From assembly GCA_036741395.1 (NCBI GenBank), contig DAINSI010000002.1:3625-67624 (forward strand): DNA of 64,000 bases, read 5' to 3'. This document shows, piece after piece, positions 55,924-64,000 of this stretch. Each line of letters opens with the position of its first letter. Positions within the stretch are counted from its first letter, which is position 1. This DNA is from Candidatus Dormiibacterota bacterium. Lineage in GTDB: Bacteria > Chloroflexota > Dormibacteria > DASZGP01. Position numbers and translations under genes: made by a program. A model generated the notes under the pieces. The model was not told the DNA's origin. It was given only the letters and a program-made list of their open reading frames with translations, and did not search any database.

Positions 55924-58758
55924 TTAGCCGCAGCCGCTGGTGCTCCCGCAGTTAAGGCACTTGTAGCAGGCGCCAGCGCGGACCATGATCGCCCCACAAT
56001 CAGAGCAGGTCATGCTGTCCGTCAGGGACACTGTCACCTTGGCCTGGGTCCCGCCGACGCCGGCGGCCAGGACGCGGAGTTCCTCGCCCGAGTCCGACCC
56101 TGAGGACACATCGGGCTTGGCCACCGGCGCCTTGGGCTTCGGCGCCTCAACGGCCTTCGCCGCCGGCGCGACACCACCCCGCGAACCAGGATTCGCGGGG
56201 ACCCCGGTTTTGGGCTCACGCTTGATGATGCCGATCGCCTCCTTGGCCTCCTCGTCGTAGAACTTGCTGGCCAGCCAGCGGAAGATGTAGTCCACGATCG
56301 ACTTGGCGATCGGGATCTCCGGGTTGGAGGTGTAGCCGCTGGGCTCGAAGCGCACGTGCGAGAACTTGGAGACCAGCGCCTCCAGGGGCACGCCGTACTG
56401 CAGCGACAGCGACACCATGATCGCGAAGCTGTCCATCATCCCCGACAGCGTCGAGCCTTCCTTCGCCATCTTGACGAAGATCTCGCCCGGCGTACGGTCC
56501 TCGAACATCGAGACGGTGATGTAGCCCTCGTGGCCCTGGATGTCGAACTTGTGGGTGATCGACTGGCGCTCGTCCGGCAGCTTGGACCGCTTGGGGACGC
56601 GCGTGACAACCTCGACCTTGTCGGGTTTTTTCTCGTCCAGCTTGGTGTTGAGCGGCTGGCTGCGCTTGCAGTTGTCTCGGTACACCGAGATGCACTTGAG
56701 GCCCATCTTCCAGCCGTCGATGTAGGCCTGCTCGATGTCCTCGACCGTGGCCAGCTCGGGCAGGTTAATGGTCTTGCTGATCGATCCCGAGACGAATGGC
56801 TGGGTCGCTGCGACCATCTTGAGGTGACCCATGTAATGGATGGACCGCTCGCCCTTGGCGGCCTTGAACGCACAATCGAATACCGGCAGGTGCTCATCCC
56901 TGAGTCCGGGTGCGCCCTCGATCGTGTCGTTGGCCGTGATGAACTCGCTGATCTTCTCGACCTCCGCCGGCGAGTAGCCCAGCTTCTTCAGCGCGCGAGG
57001 AACTGTGTGGTTCACGATCTTGAGGAGTCCGCCACCGACAAGCTTCTTGTACTTGACCAGGGCAATGTCGGGCTCGACACCCGTGGTATCACAATCCATC
57101 AAAAAAGAAATCGTTCCAGTCGGAGCGAGGACACTTGACTGGGCGTTGCGGTAGCCGTGCTTGACGCCCAGCGCCACCGCCTCCTCCCAGGCGTGGTTGG
57201 CAGCCTCTACGGGCGCGTCCTTGGAGACCTTGCGGTCGATGTCGTACGACGCCGCCATGTGCTTGTTCATGACGCGCAGCATCGGCTCGCGGTTCTCCGC
57301 GAAGAGCTCGAATGGCCCCCCACACGCTGCGGAGATGCGAGCCGATTGCGCGTACGCTTCCGCCGTCATCAGCGAGGTCACGGCGGCGCCGTAGGCGCGC
57401 CCCTCGTCGCTGTCGTACGGAAGGCCCTGGGACATCAGCAGCGCGCCGAGGTTGGCAAAGCCAAGTCCCAGCGGGCGCAGCTTCAGCGAGTTCTCGCCGA
57501 TCTTGGGGGTGGGGTACGAGGCGTTGGGGACGATCATCTCCTGCGCGGTGATCGTGATCCGGGTCGCGTGCTTGAAGTCCTCGGTGAGGAACGTGCCGGC
57601 ATCGTCGATGAATTTCATCAGGTTGAGGCTGGCCAGATTGCACGCGGTGTCGTCGATGAAAACGAACTCGGAGCAGGGATTGGTGGCGTTGATACGCGCG
57701 GTGTTGGCGACGCAGTTCCAGTCCTGGATGATGGTGTCGTACTGCATCCCCGGGTCACCGCAGACCCAGGCCGCGTCGGAGATCTGACGCATCAGCGCGC
57801 GGGCCTTGAAGCTCTTCAGGGGCTTGCGGTCGGTGACGGTCAGCGTGTGCCAGTCGCTGTCGTTCTCGACGGCCTTCATGAACTCATCGGGGACGCGGAT
57901 GGAGTTGTTGGAGTTCTGGAAGAAGACCGAGCCGTAGGCCTCGCCGGTGTATGAGCCGTCGTAACCGGCGTCGATCAGCGCCCAGGCCTTCTTCTCCTCC
58001 TTGACCTTGCAGTTGATGAACTCCTCGATGTCGGGATGGTCGACGTTGAGGATCACCATCTTGGCCGCGCGCCGTGTCGCACCACCGGACTTGATGGCAC
58101 CCGCAAAGGCGTCGAAGCCCTTCATGAAGCTGACCGGGCCGGAGGCGGTACCGCCGTGCTTGAGCTTCTCCATCGACCCGCGCAGGGCCGAGAGGTTGAC
58201 GCCCGCGCCGGAGCCGTACTTGAAGAGCATGCCCTCGGTCTTGGCCAGGCCGAGGATCGACTCCATGGTGTCCTCGATTGAGTTGATAAAACAGGCACTG
58301 CCTTGTGGGCGCTCCTCGATGCCGACGTTAAACCAAACAGGGCTGTTGAACGCCATGCGCTGGGTCACACAGAGGAAGGCCAGCTCGTGGCGGAAGGCCT
58401 CGCCGTCCGCGGGAGAGGCGAAGTACCCCTGGTCGAGGCCCCAATCGGCGATGGTGTCCACCACGCGCCCGATCAGCTGCTTGACGCTGGTCTCCCGGCG
58501 CGGGGTGCCCAGCTGGCCGCGGAAGTACTTGCTGACCACCACGTTGGTGGCCATCTGCGACCAGGACTTGGGGATCTCCACGTCCTTCTGCTCGAAGACC
58601 ACCTCACCCTTCTCGTTGGTGATGGTGGCGCTGCGCAGCTCCCACTCCACGGCGTCGAAGGGGTGGACCCCAGGCTGCGTGAACCGGCGCGCGACCCGCA
58701 GGCCGGGAGCGGCGGTCGTGGAGGACGCGGAAGACGAAGCGATGCGGCTCTTGGACAC
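55924..58758 (-). CDS. nrdJ: Adenosylcobalamin-dependent (class II) ribonucleoside-diphosphate reductase NrdJ with C-terminal zinc ribbon
   Basis: Class II RNR blocks (CFINSIEDTMESI, GGTASGPVSFMKGFD, RRAAKMVILNVDHPDIEEF, NPCSEFVFIDDTACNLASLNL). C-terminal CSDCGAIMVRAGACYKCLNCG. GTG start with GGGAGG ribosome-binding site. Confidence 0.9.
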   Translation of the reverse strand: MSKSRIASSSASSTTAAPGLRVARRFTQPGVHPFDAVEWELRSATITNEKGEVVFEQKDVEIPKSWSQMATNVVVSKYFRGQLGTPRRETSVKQLIGRVVDTIADWGLDQGYFASPADGEAFRHELAFLCVTQRMAFNSPVWFNVGIEERPQGSACFINSIEDTMESILGLAKTEGMLFKYGSGAGVNLSALRGSMEKLKHGGTASGPVSFMKGFDAFAGAIKSGGATRRAAKMVILNVDHPDIEEFINCKVKEEKKAWALIDAGYDGSYTGEAYGSVFFQNSNNSIRVPDEFMKAVENDSDWHTLTVTDRKPLKSFKARALMRQISDAAWVCGDPGMQYDTIIQDWNCVANTARINATNPCSEFVFIDDTACNLASLNLMKFIDDAGTFLTEDFKHATRITITAQEMIVPNASYPTPKIGENSLKLRPLGLGFANLGALLMSQGLPYDSDEGRAYGAAVTSLMTAEAYAQSARISAACGGPFELFAENREPMLRVMNKHMAASYDIDRKVSKDAPVEAANHAWEEAVALGVKHGYRNAQSSVLAPTGTISFLMDCDTTGVEPDIALVKYKKLVGGGLLKIVNHTVPRALKKLGYSPAEVEKISEFITANDTIEGAPGLRDEHLPVFDCAFKAAKGERSIHYMGHLKMVAATQPFVSGSISKTINLPELATVEDIEQAYIDGWKMGLKCISVYRDNCKRSQPLNTKLDEKKPDKVEVVTRVPKRSKLPDERQSITHKFDIQGHEGYITVSMFEDRTPGEIFVKMAKEGSTLSGMMDSFAIMVSLSLQYGVPLEALVSKFSHVRFEPSGYTSNPEIPIAKSIVDYIFRWLASKFYDEEAKEAIGIIKREPKTGVPANPGSRGGVAPAAKAVEAPKPKAPVAKPDVSSGSDSGEELRVLAAGVGGTQAKVTVSLTDSMTCSDCGAIMVRAGACYKCLNCGSTSGCG

Positions 58759-58925
58759 GGAAAAACCTCCCGAAAAGGACTACTTAACTAAAACGCTGAT
58801 GGGACGCTGTTTAGTCCTCGATCACCCCGGTCCGGGCCGACGGTCCGCTTCCTCGGTGGAGGGCTTGGCTATATTGCTCCCGTCGCCCCGAAAAGTCAAC
58901 ATCTCGTAGTCCATCGATCAAAACC

Positions 58926-58984
58926 CACCACATCTAGTGGATAACCCGTTGAAATCCTGTTCACAGGGCAGTGGATAACCTGTG
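58926..58984 (-). promoter_or_regulatory. Tandem 11-bp direct repeat GGTTATCCACT (gene-strand orientation) about 31 bp apart upstream of the nrdJ promoter; first copy lies in an NrdR-box-like imperfect palindrome CCACTAGATGTGGTGG
   Basis: Repeats read from sequence (plus strand AGTGGATAACC at 58936-58946 and 58970-58980). Promoter-like TTGACT-N18-AATATA at 58898-58870. NrdR boxes typically occur as two sites about three helical turns apart. The repeat core also resembles a DnaA box (TTATCCACA) with one mismatch. Confidence 0.35.
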
Positions 58985-59008
58985 CATTCGCTCCCTCTGC
59001 GCCGGGTC

Positions 59009-61017
59009 ATGGGCTACCGCTGGGACGGCAAGAAGTTCATCCAGATCCCCTTCCAGGTCGACCAGGTCTTCGCCCGCTACCTCACCAACAACGCCTCGGG
59101 CTTCGCCTTCTACTCGGGCACCGACCAACACCTCGACTACGCGTACGACCGCGAGGGCTTCCGCTTCCTGGCCAACACGCCGGCGGCCGATCCCAACCAC
59201 CCCACGGCCGACGTCTGCAAGGCGATCCCCTACAAGGCGCCCGACGGCGGCTTCTACGACGGCCAGCCCACCACCCCGTCGCCCAACGGCTTCCACCTGG
59301 TTGACAAGGACGAGCTGGTCTTCATGGCCAAGGACGCCGGCAACCCCGCCCCGTCCGGCGCCGTGATGCCCGCCGGGATCCTCGACTCCTACGCGATCAC
59401 CGTGACCGACCCCGACACCGGCAAGCAGGGCTACGTGTACGTGGCGCTGGGCGGTGACAAGGGCCCGGCCGTCAAGTACACCGCGGCCAACTCGCCCTAC
59501 GTGCACTACCAGCGCGACGCTGACGCGGGGATCTTCAACTACTCGCAGAGCTCGTACGGCGGTTACGGCGCCGCCCCCAAGGGCTGGTACTGCAACCCCG
59601 ACGGCACCCTGGCCGTGGATCCCAAGACCGGCAAGGCCCGGGTCGGCCAGCGCCGGCCCAAGGACACGGCGTGGATCACCACCCCGCGCTATGCGTTCCG
59701 CTACGACGGCCGCTGGCTGATGACCGAGATCCACATCTCCCCCAAAACAACGGTTACATGGACAAGAAGGGCGTCCTGCACAACTACGGCCCCAACGTCG
59801 TCGACCGCTGGAAGGCCCGCGCGTTCCAGCAGTCGCCGGGCGGCAAGACGCCGTGCTGCGGCTACGAGGAGGAGGCCACCAACTGGGGCGGCAGCTCCCA
59901 GCTGCTGGGTGAGAAGGCCGGCCCGGTGCGCGTCATCCGCGCCACCTGGGGCGCCGACTCCTCCACCAACAACGTCCGCCGCGAGGTCTTCTACGCCGAC
60001 CAGGTTCGCTACCAGGACGCGCTGCGGGTCCACGTGATCCCACCGCTCGATGGCATCTACGTCCAGCGCGACATGGCCGCGGGCATCATGGACACCTACT
60101 ACAACCCGTACCAGAAGGCGGGCGTGCCAGTACTCGGGATCAACGAGGAAGTCTTCGGAAACACTCACATGGGCCTAGGCACTCAGGGGTTCTGCTACTC
60201 CAGCGACGACCAGCTGGGCTCGATGCTCAAGAAGCTCACGGGCCGGCCCGTGATCACGACCCCGCCTGGCCCCTACCCATGTGGCGACCAACCGCCCAAC
60301 ACGCCCGAGAACGATGTACACGGCGACTTCGACTTCTTTGACCCCACCTTCTCGGGCCCTCCCGGGGAGCTGGGCTGGGAGCAGATGACCGGCAAGGCCG
60401 GCACCCTGGTGGAGCGCTGGACCGGCCAGACCTACTCCCCCGGAGGGGTCCTGATTGGGGCCGCGACCTCCTTCCCCTACTACCGCGACGACTCCTGCTT
60501 CGATGACGGGACCGGCACCGATCCCGGGCCCAAGATCAACCTGCGCAGCAAGGACGAGCCGCAGTCCTGGTGGATCGACCCGGTCACCAAGGTGCCGGTG
60601 TCGAACTTCAACCCGCCCGCCGGCGTCAAGCTCAACCCCCGCCGCTGCTGGAACCACCACGTCGACGGCACCCCCTACAACATCCCCGGGACGCAGTCAT
60701 TCGACCCGACCAAGCCGACCGAGAAATCCGACCCCGTCCCCAACCCGAAATTCTCACCGCAGGGTGACATCCACTACTTCCAGGGCGACATCGGTACCCA
60801 CGGCCTGCACGTGATGCTGATCGCCGACTCCGACAATGCCCAGCAGACCGTCCCGATCGACGAGTTGGACAGCGAGCAGATCCAGGTCATCCTGCCGGGA
60901 CGCCAGGCCAACGTCGGCGAGGCCTACGGGCGGGCCTTCGAGAAGCCACTTGCGACCACCGCCGCGCCGGCCGACGGCCTCCAGGTGGAGAACGTGGCCG
61001 CCCCGGCAGCCCCCTAG
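59009..61017 (+). pseudogene. Large (about 680 aa if restored) hypothetical protein gene interrupted by a frameshift in a C5A4 homopolymer tract (59739-59747); no signal peptide, possibly N-terminally truncated
   Basis: Two overlapping track ORFs (58982-60037 frame 3; 59671-61017 frame 2). Both have protein-like composition only up to / from ..RWLMTEIHISPK | NNGYMDKKGVLHNYGPN.. . Junction sits exactly at tcccccaaaacaacgg. Beyond the junction each frame becomes low-complexity. No family recognised. Confidence 0.5.
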
Positions 61018-61029
61018 ACCAGACAACCC

Positions 61030-61734
61030 TCACCTAACGTCAGGGTCCACCTGGGGATCGCGAGCTTCTACGCCGTCCGGTTGGGTCGCGTCTCGGGCTG
61101 AGCGCCGCCGGAAAACCCACGGCCGCCGGGTGCGGCCCGCCCCCTGCCCCAGCCTCGCGAGAGCGCTGCGCACCGAGGCCACCGTCGCCTGGACGCGTTC
61201 CTTGACACTGAGGAGCAGGGGCGGGTCGGGGATGAAGGGAACCCCGATGTCGACCCGGACCCGGGAGAAGGGCCGCAGTCTCCCCGTGCCCGCCAGCAGG
61301 ACGGGCAGCAACGGTTTGCCGCTGTTGAGCGCGAAATAGCCCACGCCGTCCTTGAGCGGCCGTAGCTCGCCATCCTTGCCGTAGGCGCCCTCGGGAAATA
61401 TCAGCACCCGTTCCCCGGAGTTGAGCAGGTTGTAGACCCCATTGACGGCCTCCTCGTCGAGCATCCCCCGGTTGCGCCGGATGGGGAAAACCGCGAGCCT
61501 GGGCATGAGCCAGCGCTTGAAGGGTGTGTTGAAGACGGTGCTCTCGTTGGCCATCGTGTGAAGCCACGGTTTTCGAGGCAGCGCGTACAGGATGAAGGCG
61601 GTGTCGGTCCACGAGAGGTGGTTGCTCACCACCAGGCAGCCGCCCTCCGGCACGTTCTCCCTCCCGGTGACCTCGACGCGGAAGAAGACACCAACCACGA
61701 TCCTGACCAGGACCTGCACGAAGGCGTACAGCAT
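61030..61734 (-). CDS. plsC: 1-acyl-sn-glycerol-3-phosphate acyltransferase (lysophospholipid acyltransferase, PlsC family)
   Basis: Acyltransferase motif I NHLSWTDTAF (HxxxxD). Motif III FPEGAY. Motif IV region. Confidence 0.8.
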   Translation of the reverse strand: MLYAFVQVLVRIVVGVFFRVEVTGRENVPEGGCLVVSNHLSWTDTAFILYALPRKPWLHTMANESTVFNTPFKRWLMPRLAVFPIRRNRGMLDEEAVNGVYNLLNSGERVLIFPEGAYGKDGELRPLKDGVGYFALNSGKPLLPVLLAGTGRLRPFSRVRVDIGVPFIPDPPLLLSVKERVQATVASVRSALARLGQGAGRTRRPWVFRRRSARDATQPDGVEARDPQVDPDVR

Positions 61735-61814
61735 GGCTCCTATTAACCCTTTTAACCCTTTTACACCGTCGCGTCCTTTCCTTGATCGGTCGCGTCCGAT
61801 AGAGTCACGGTCAA

Positions 61815-62858
61815 ATGCTCCTGCGGCTGGTCCACGCGCGCCTGTTGCGGGGTGCCCTGGGGGATATCGTCAACCAGGTCAGCCTGCTCGCGATCGTCGC
61901 GCTGTCTCTGTCCACCATCGTTCTCGCGGGCTCACACCTCAGCCGGCATTTCCGGCTGGTCAACGGCGACCCCCTGGCGGCGGCGTTCGCGCGCCACCCC
62001 GATCCGACCCAGGGCCTGGACCGGGCCAGCAAGGCAGAGATCGGCCTGGTGCCGCCTGAGCCGGTGACCGCGTCGCCGCCAGACCCTGGTCCCACCCCGG
62101 ACACGCTGGCCGCGCCGCCACTTCCCACGCAGTACGACCTGGTCCGGCCGATCCACAAGGGAACGTGGCTGCCGATCGTGATGTACCACTACATCCGCAA
62201 CGCCTCCAAGTCCGACCGCGTGGGCTGGAACCTGTCCGTTGCGCCGGCCACCTTCCGGGAGCAGGTCCAGTGGCTGAGCGAGCATGGGTACACGACGATG
62301 ACGATGCGCGAGGCGGACCTGGTCCTGGCGGGCAAGCACCCTGCCCCCGACCGGCCCGTGGTCCTCACCTTCGACGACGCCTACCGCGACTTCTACACCA
62401 CCGCCGCCCCGATCCTGCGGGAGTTCGGGTTCACCGCCACCAACTACGTGCCCACCCAGCTGGTGGGGTCAAACGGTTACATGGAGTGGTCCGAGATCCA
62501 GGAGCTGGAGTCCGAGGGCTTCGAGATGGGCGCCCACAGCCAGTTCCACGTTGACATCAGCAAGACCACCGCGGACAGGGCCAAGATCGAGGTCCTGGGG
62601 TCCAAGGCCGATCTCGAGAGCCACCTCGGCCACCCCGTTGTCGATTGGGCCTACCCCTACGGCGGGGTCAACGTGGCGAGCGCCAAGCTGGTCGCCGACG
62701 CCGGGTTCTGGAGTGCGACAACGACCCAGCCCGGCAGCTGGCATGACCCCAAGCAGATGCTCTACCTGAGCCGGGTCAGGATCGGCGGCGGGGACACCGT
62801 GCAGTCGATCATCAACGGCGTCTCGGCGCCCCCCGCGAGCTCGCCGACAACCCGCTGA
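61815..62858 (+). CDS. Polysaccharide deacetylase (NodB homology, CE4) family protein with N-terminal TM anchor
   Basis: N-terminal hydrophobic helix. NodB motifs VVLTFDDAYRDFY and HSQFH (His-His metal site). YPYG region. Confidence 0.75.
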   Translation: MLLRLVHARLLRGALGDIVNQVSLLAIVALSLSTIVLAGSHLSRHFRLVNGDPLAAAFARHPDPTQGLDRASKAEIGLVPPEPVTASPPDPGPTPDTLAAPPLPTQYDLVRPIHKGTWLPIVMYHYIRNASKSDRVGWNLSVAPATFREQVQWLSEHGYTTMTMREADLVLAGKHPAPDRPVVLTFDDAYRDFYTTAAPILREFGFTATNYVPTQLVGSNGYMEWSEIQELESEGFEMGAHSQFHVDISKTTADRAKIEVLGSKADLESHLGHPVVDWAYPYGGVNVASAKLVADAGFWSATTTQPGSWHDPKQMLYLSRVRIGGGDTVQSIINGVSAPPASSPTTR

Positions 62859-62864
62859 GGGTGT

Positions 62865-63254
62865 TCAGCCCCAGGATCTCGCCTTGTCGATGGCGATGGT
62901 GATCCTGAGGCGGGTCTGGCCGGCCGGGGTGTCATAGTCCTTGCCGGCGTACTTGTGCGACAGCGCGTCGATGCTGTCCTGGGCGCCGTCCGTGGTCAGC
63001 TCCACGGCCCGGCCGACGATGCTCACCTGGTTGTAGGGATCCGCCTCGTCATGAACCTCGATGGCAATTCGCGGATCGCGTGTGAGGTTGGTCGGCCAGC
63101 CGCGCCCCCGGGAGCTGTTGAGCTCGATACTGTCGCCCCTGAGGTCTCCCCACACGGTGGTCGATCGCGGCCCCCCATCCTTGCCGATCGTCGACACGCT
63201 GTAGAAGTTCTTGCCCTGCAGCACAGCGCGTTGCCCATCCGTCAATTCAGCCAT
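62865..63254 (-). CDS. PPOX class F420-dependent (pyridoxamine 5-prime-phosphate oxidase-like) protein
   Basis: Split-barrel motif GKDGGPRSTTVWGDLRGDSI ... RIAIEVHDEADPYNQVSIVGRAVEL of TIGR03618-type PPOX proteins. Confidence 0.75.
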   Translation of the reverse strand: MAELTDGQRAVLQGKNFYSVSTIGKDGGPRSTTVWGDLRGDSIELNSSRGRGWPTNLTRDPRIAIEVHDEADPYNQVSIVGRAVELTTDGAQDSIDALSHKYAGKDYDTPAGQTRLRITIAIDKARSWG

Positions 63255-63316
63255 GTGTCACCTCCAGAAATGGAAAGGGCGCCGCCGAAGCGACGCCCAT
63301 TGCCGGCGAGACCCGA

Positions 63317-63871
63317 TCAGGCCGCGTCCCTTCGCAACTTATCCAGGGCTCTCTTTTCGATCTGGCGGACACCCTCGCGGGTAAGCCCGACGCGTCGCCC
63401 GATCTCGTCGAGGGTCTTGCCCTCGCCGTCGGTGAGGCCGAAGCGCAGCTCCAGCACCAGGCGCTCGCGCTCCTCGAGCTTGGCCAGCGACTCCAGGACG
63501 TCCGCCGGTAGGCCCGACTCCGCCTGGGGGTCGGTGCCGTTGGGGTCCGGGATCAGGTTGGCCAGGGGATTCCCCTCCTCGTCGATCTCGAGGTCGAGCG
63601 AGGTCGAGACGTAGGCCAGGCGCTGCAGGTCCTCGATCTTGGAAACGTCCAGGCCGGTGGCCTCGGCGATCTCCCAGGGCTCGGGGTCCCGGCCCAGCTT
63701 CTGGCTCAGGGCCTCCTTGGCGCGCAGGGCCTTGGAGCGCATCTCGTGCACGTGGACGGGCAGGCGGATGGGCAGCGCCTGGTCGGCCAGGGCGCGCTGG
63801 ATCGCCTGGCGGATCCACCAGGTGGCATAGGTCGAGAACTTGAAACCGCGGCGGTAATCGAACTTGTCGAC
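63317..63871 (-). CDS. Sigma-70 family RNA polymerase sigma factor, regions 2.3-2.4, 3 and 4 intact (group 1/2-like); upstream portion disrupted
   Basis: [49 protein letters not shown] ... region 4.2 [30 protein letters not shown]. No start codon before region 2.3 in this frame except an internal GTG/ATG. Confidence 0.55.
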   Translation of the reverse strand, partial: VDKFDYRRGFKFSTYATWWIRQAIQRALADQALPIRLPVHVHEMRSKALRAKEALSQKLGRDPEPWEIAEATGLDVSKIEDLQRLAYVSTSLDLEIDEEGNPLANLIPDPNGTDPQAESGLPADVLESLAKLEERERLVLELRFGLTDGEGKTLDEIGRRVGLTREGVRQIEKRALDKLRRDAA

Positions 63872-64000
63872 ACCACGAGGCGGGTGTTGGCCTCGATCAG
63901 GTGGCGCCGGGCGCTCTCATCGCCATCCTCGGCGGCAGCGGCGAGGACCTTCTCCGAGTGGGCGTTGAGCAGCGGTACCTTGCGGATCTCCTGGAGGTAC
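63866..64000 (-). pseudogene. N-terminal part (regions 1.2-2.1: YLQEIRKVPLLNAHSEKVL...[14 protein letters not shown]) of the same sigma-70 gene, in a different frame; region 2.2 (about 26-27 codons) missing with a frame change. Continues beyond the window.
   Basis: Manual reverse-strand translation. Junction at plus-strand 63863-63876 (gene-strand gtggtgtcgacaag), where LVV (region 2.1) abuts VDKFDY (end of 2.2) with a -1 frame offset. Confidence 0.4.

Noticed and set aside
58926-58984. DnaA-box-like repeats interpreted as a replication origin
   Set aside because: Only two boxes, no dnaA/dnaN genes, no AT-rich unwinding element. More consistent with promoter-proximal regulation of nrdJ (NrdR or DnaA-type control) than with oriC.

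Overview
High-GC, gene-dense actinobacterium-like chromosomal window. Lineage markers seen: mycothiol-type MDMPI, F420-type PPOX, R2lox, NrdJ. No rRNA, tRNA, CRISPR, integrase or transposase was seen. Contents from 5-prime to 3-prime are as follows. (1) A partial, very large S8-like subtilase with FG-GAP repeats sits next to a ceramidase-like secreted protein; both carry a C-terminal sortase-like signal. (2) A dense toxin-antitoxin / abortive-infection island: Phd-VapC, HTH-VapC, RHH-MazF, VapB-VapC, AbiEi/AbiEii and a second Phd-VapC, mixed with a GYD protein, an AT-hook protein, methyltransferases and an ICMT remnant. (3) A c-di-GMP signalling cluster: a cupredoxin lipoprotein with a multi-TM GAF histidine kinase, convergent with REC-EAL and GGDEF-EAL genes. 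(4) A TrkA-RCK potassium channel. (5) One co-directional cluster: TetR, a Liv-type binding protein, a single 1302-aa polypeptide fusing two Liv permeases and two Liv ATPases, a secreted protein, R2lox and fbaB. (6) A TetR-linked lipid beta-oxidation cluster: HSL esterase, an alpha/beta acyl-CoA dehydrogenase pair, an acyl-CoA ligase, SDR and MaoC. (7) A DrrAB-like ABC exporter, a PAS histidine kinase with GGDEF, DUF1003, a GH15 hydrolase and a PF03640 lipoprotein. (8) A CheY-like receiver translationally coupled to a double-domain KaiC homologue, preceded by an unlisted 54-aa ORF. (9) An MFS pump. (10) A decayed MacB/LolD-like ATPase in front of an intact FtsX permease. (11) Class II RNR NrdJ with tandem upstream repeats. 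(12) A roughly 680-aa hypothetical gene broken at a C5A4 homopolymer. (13) PlsC, a polysaccharide deacetylase and a PPOX. (14) A sigma-70 family gene carrying a frame-breaking deletion of region 2.2. Several independent gene-disruption events occur in this one window. Many long antisense ORFs in the supplied track are high-GC artefacts and were not called.
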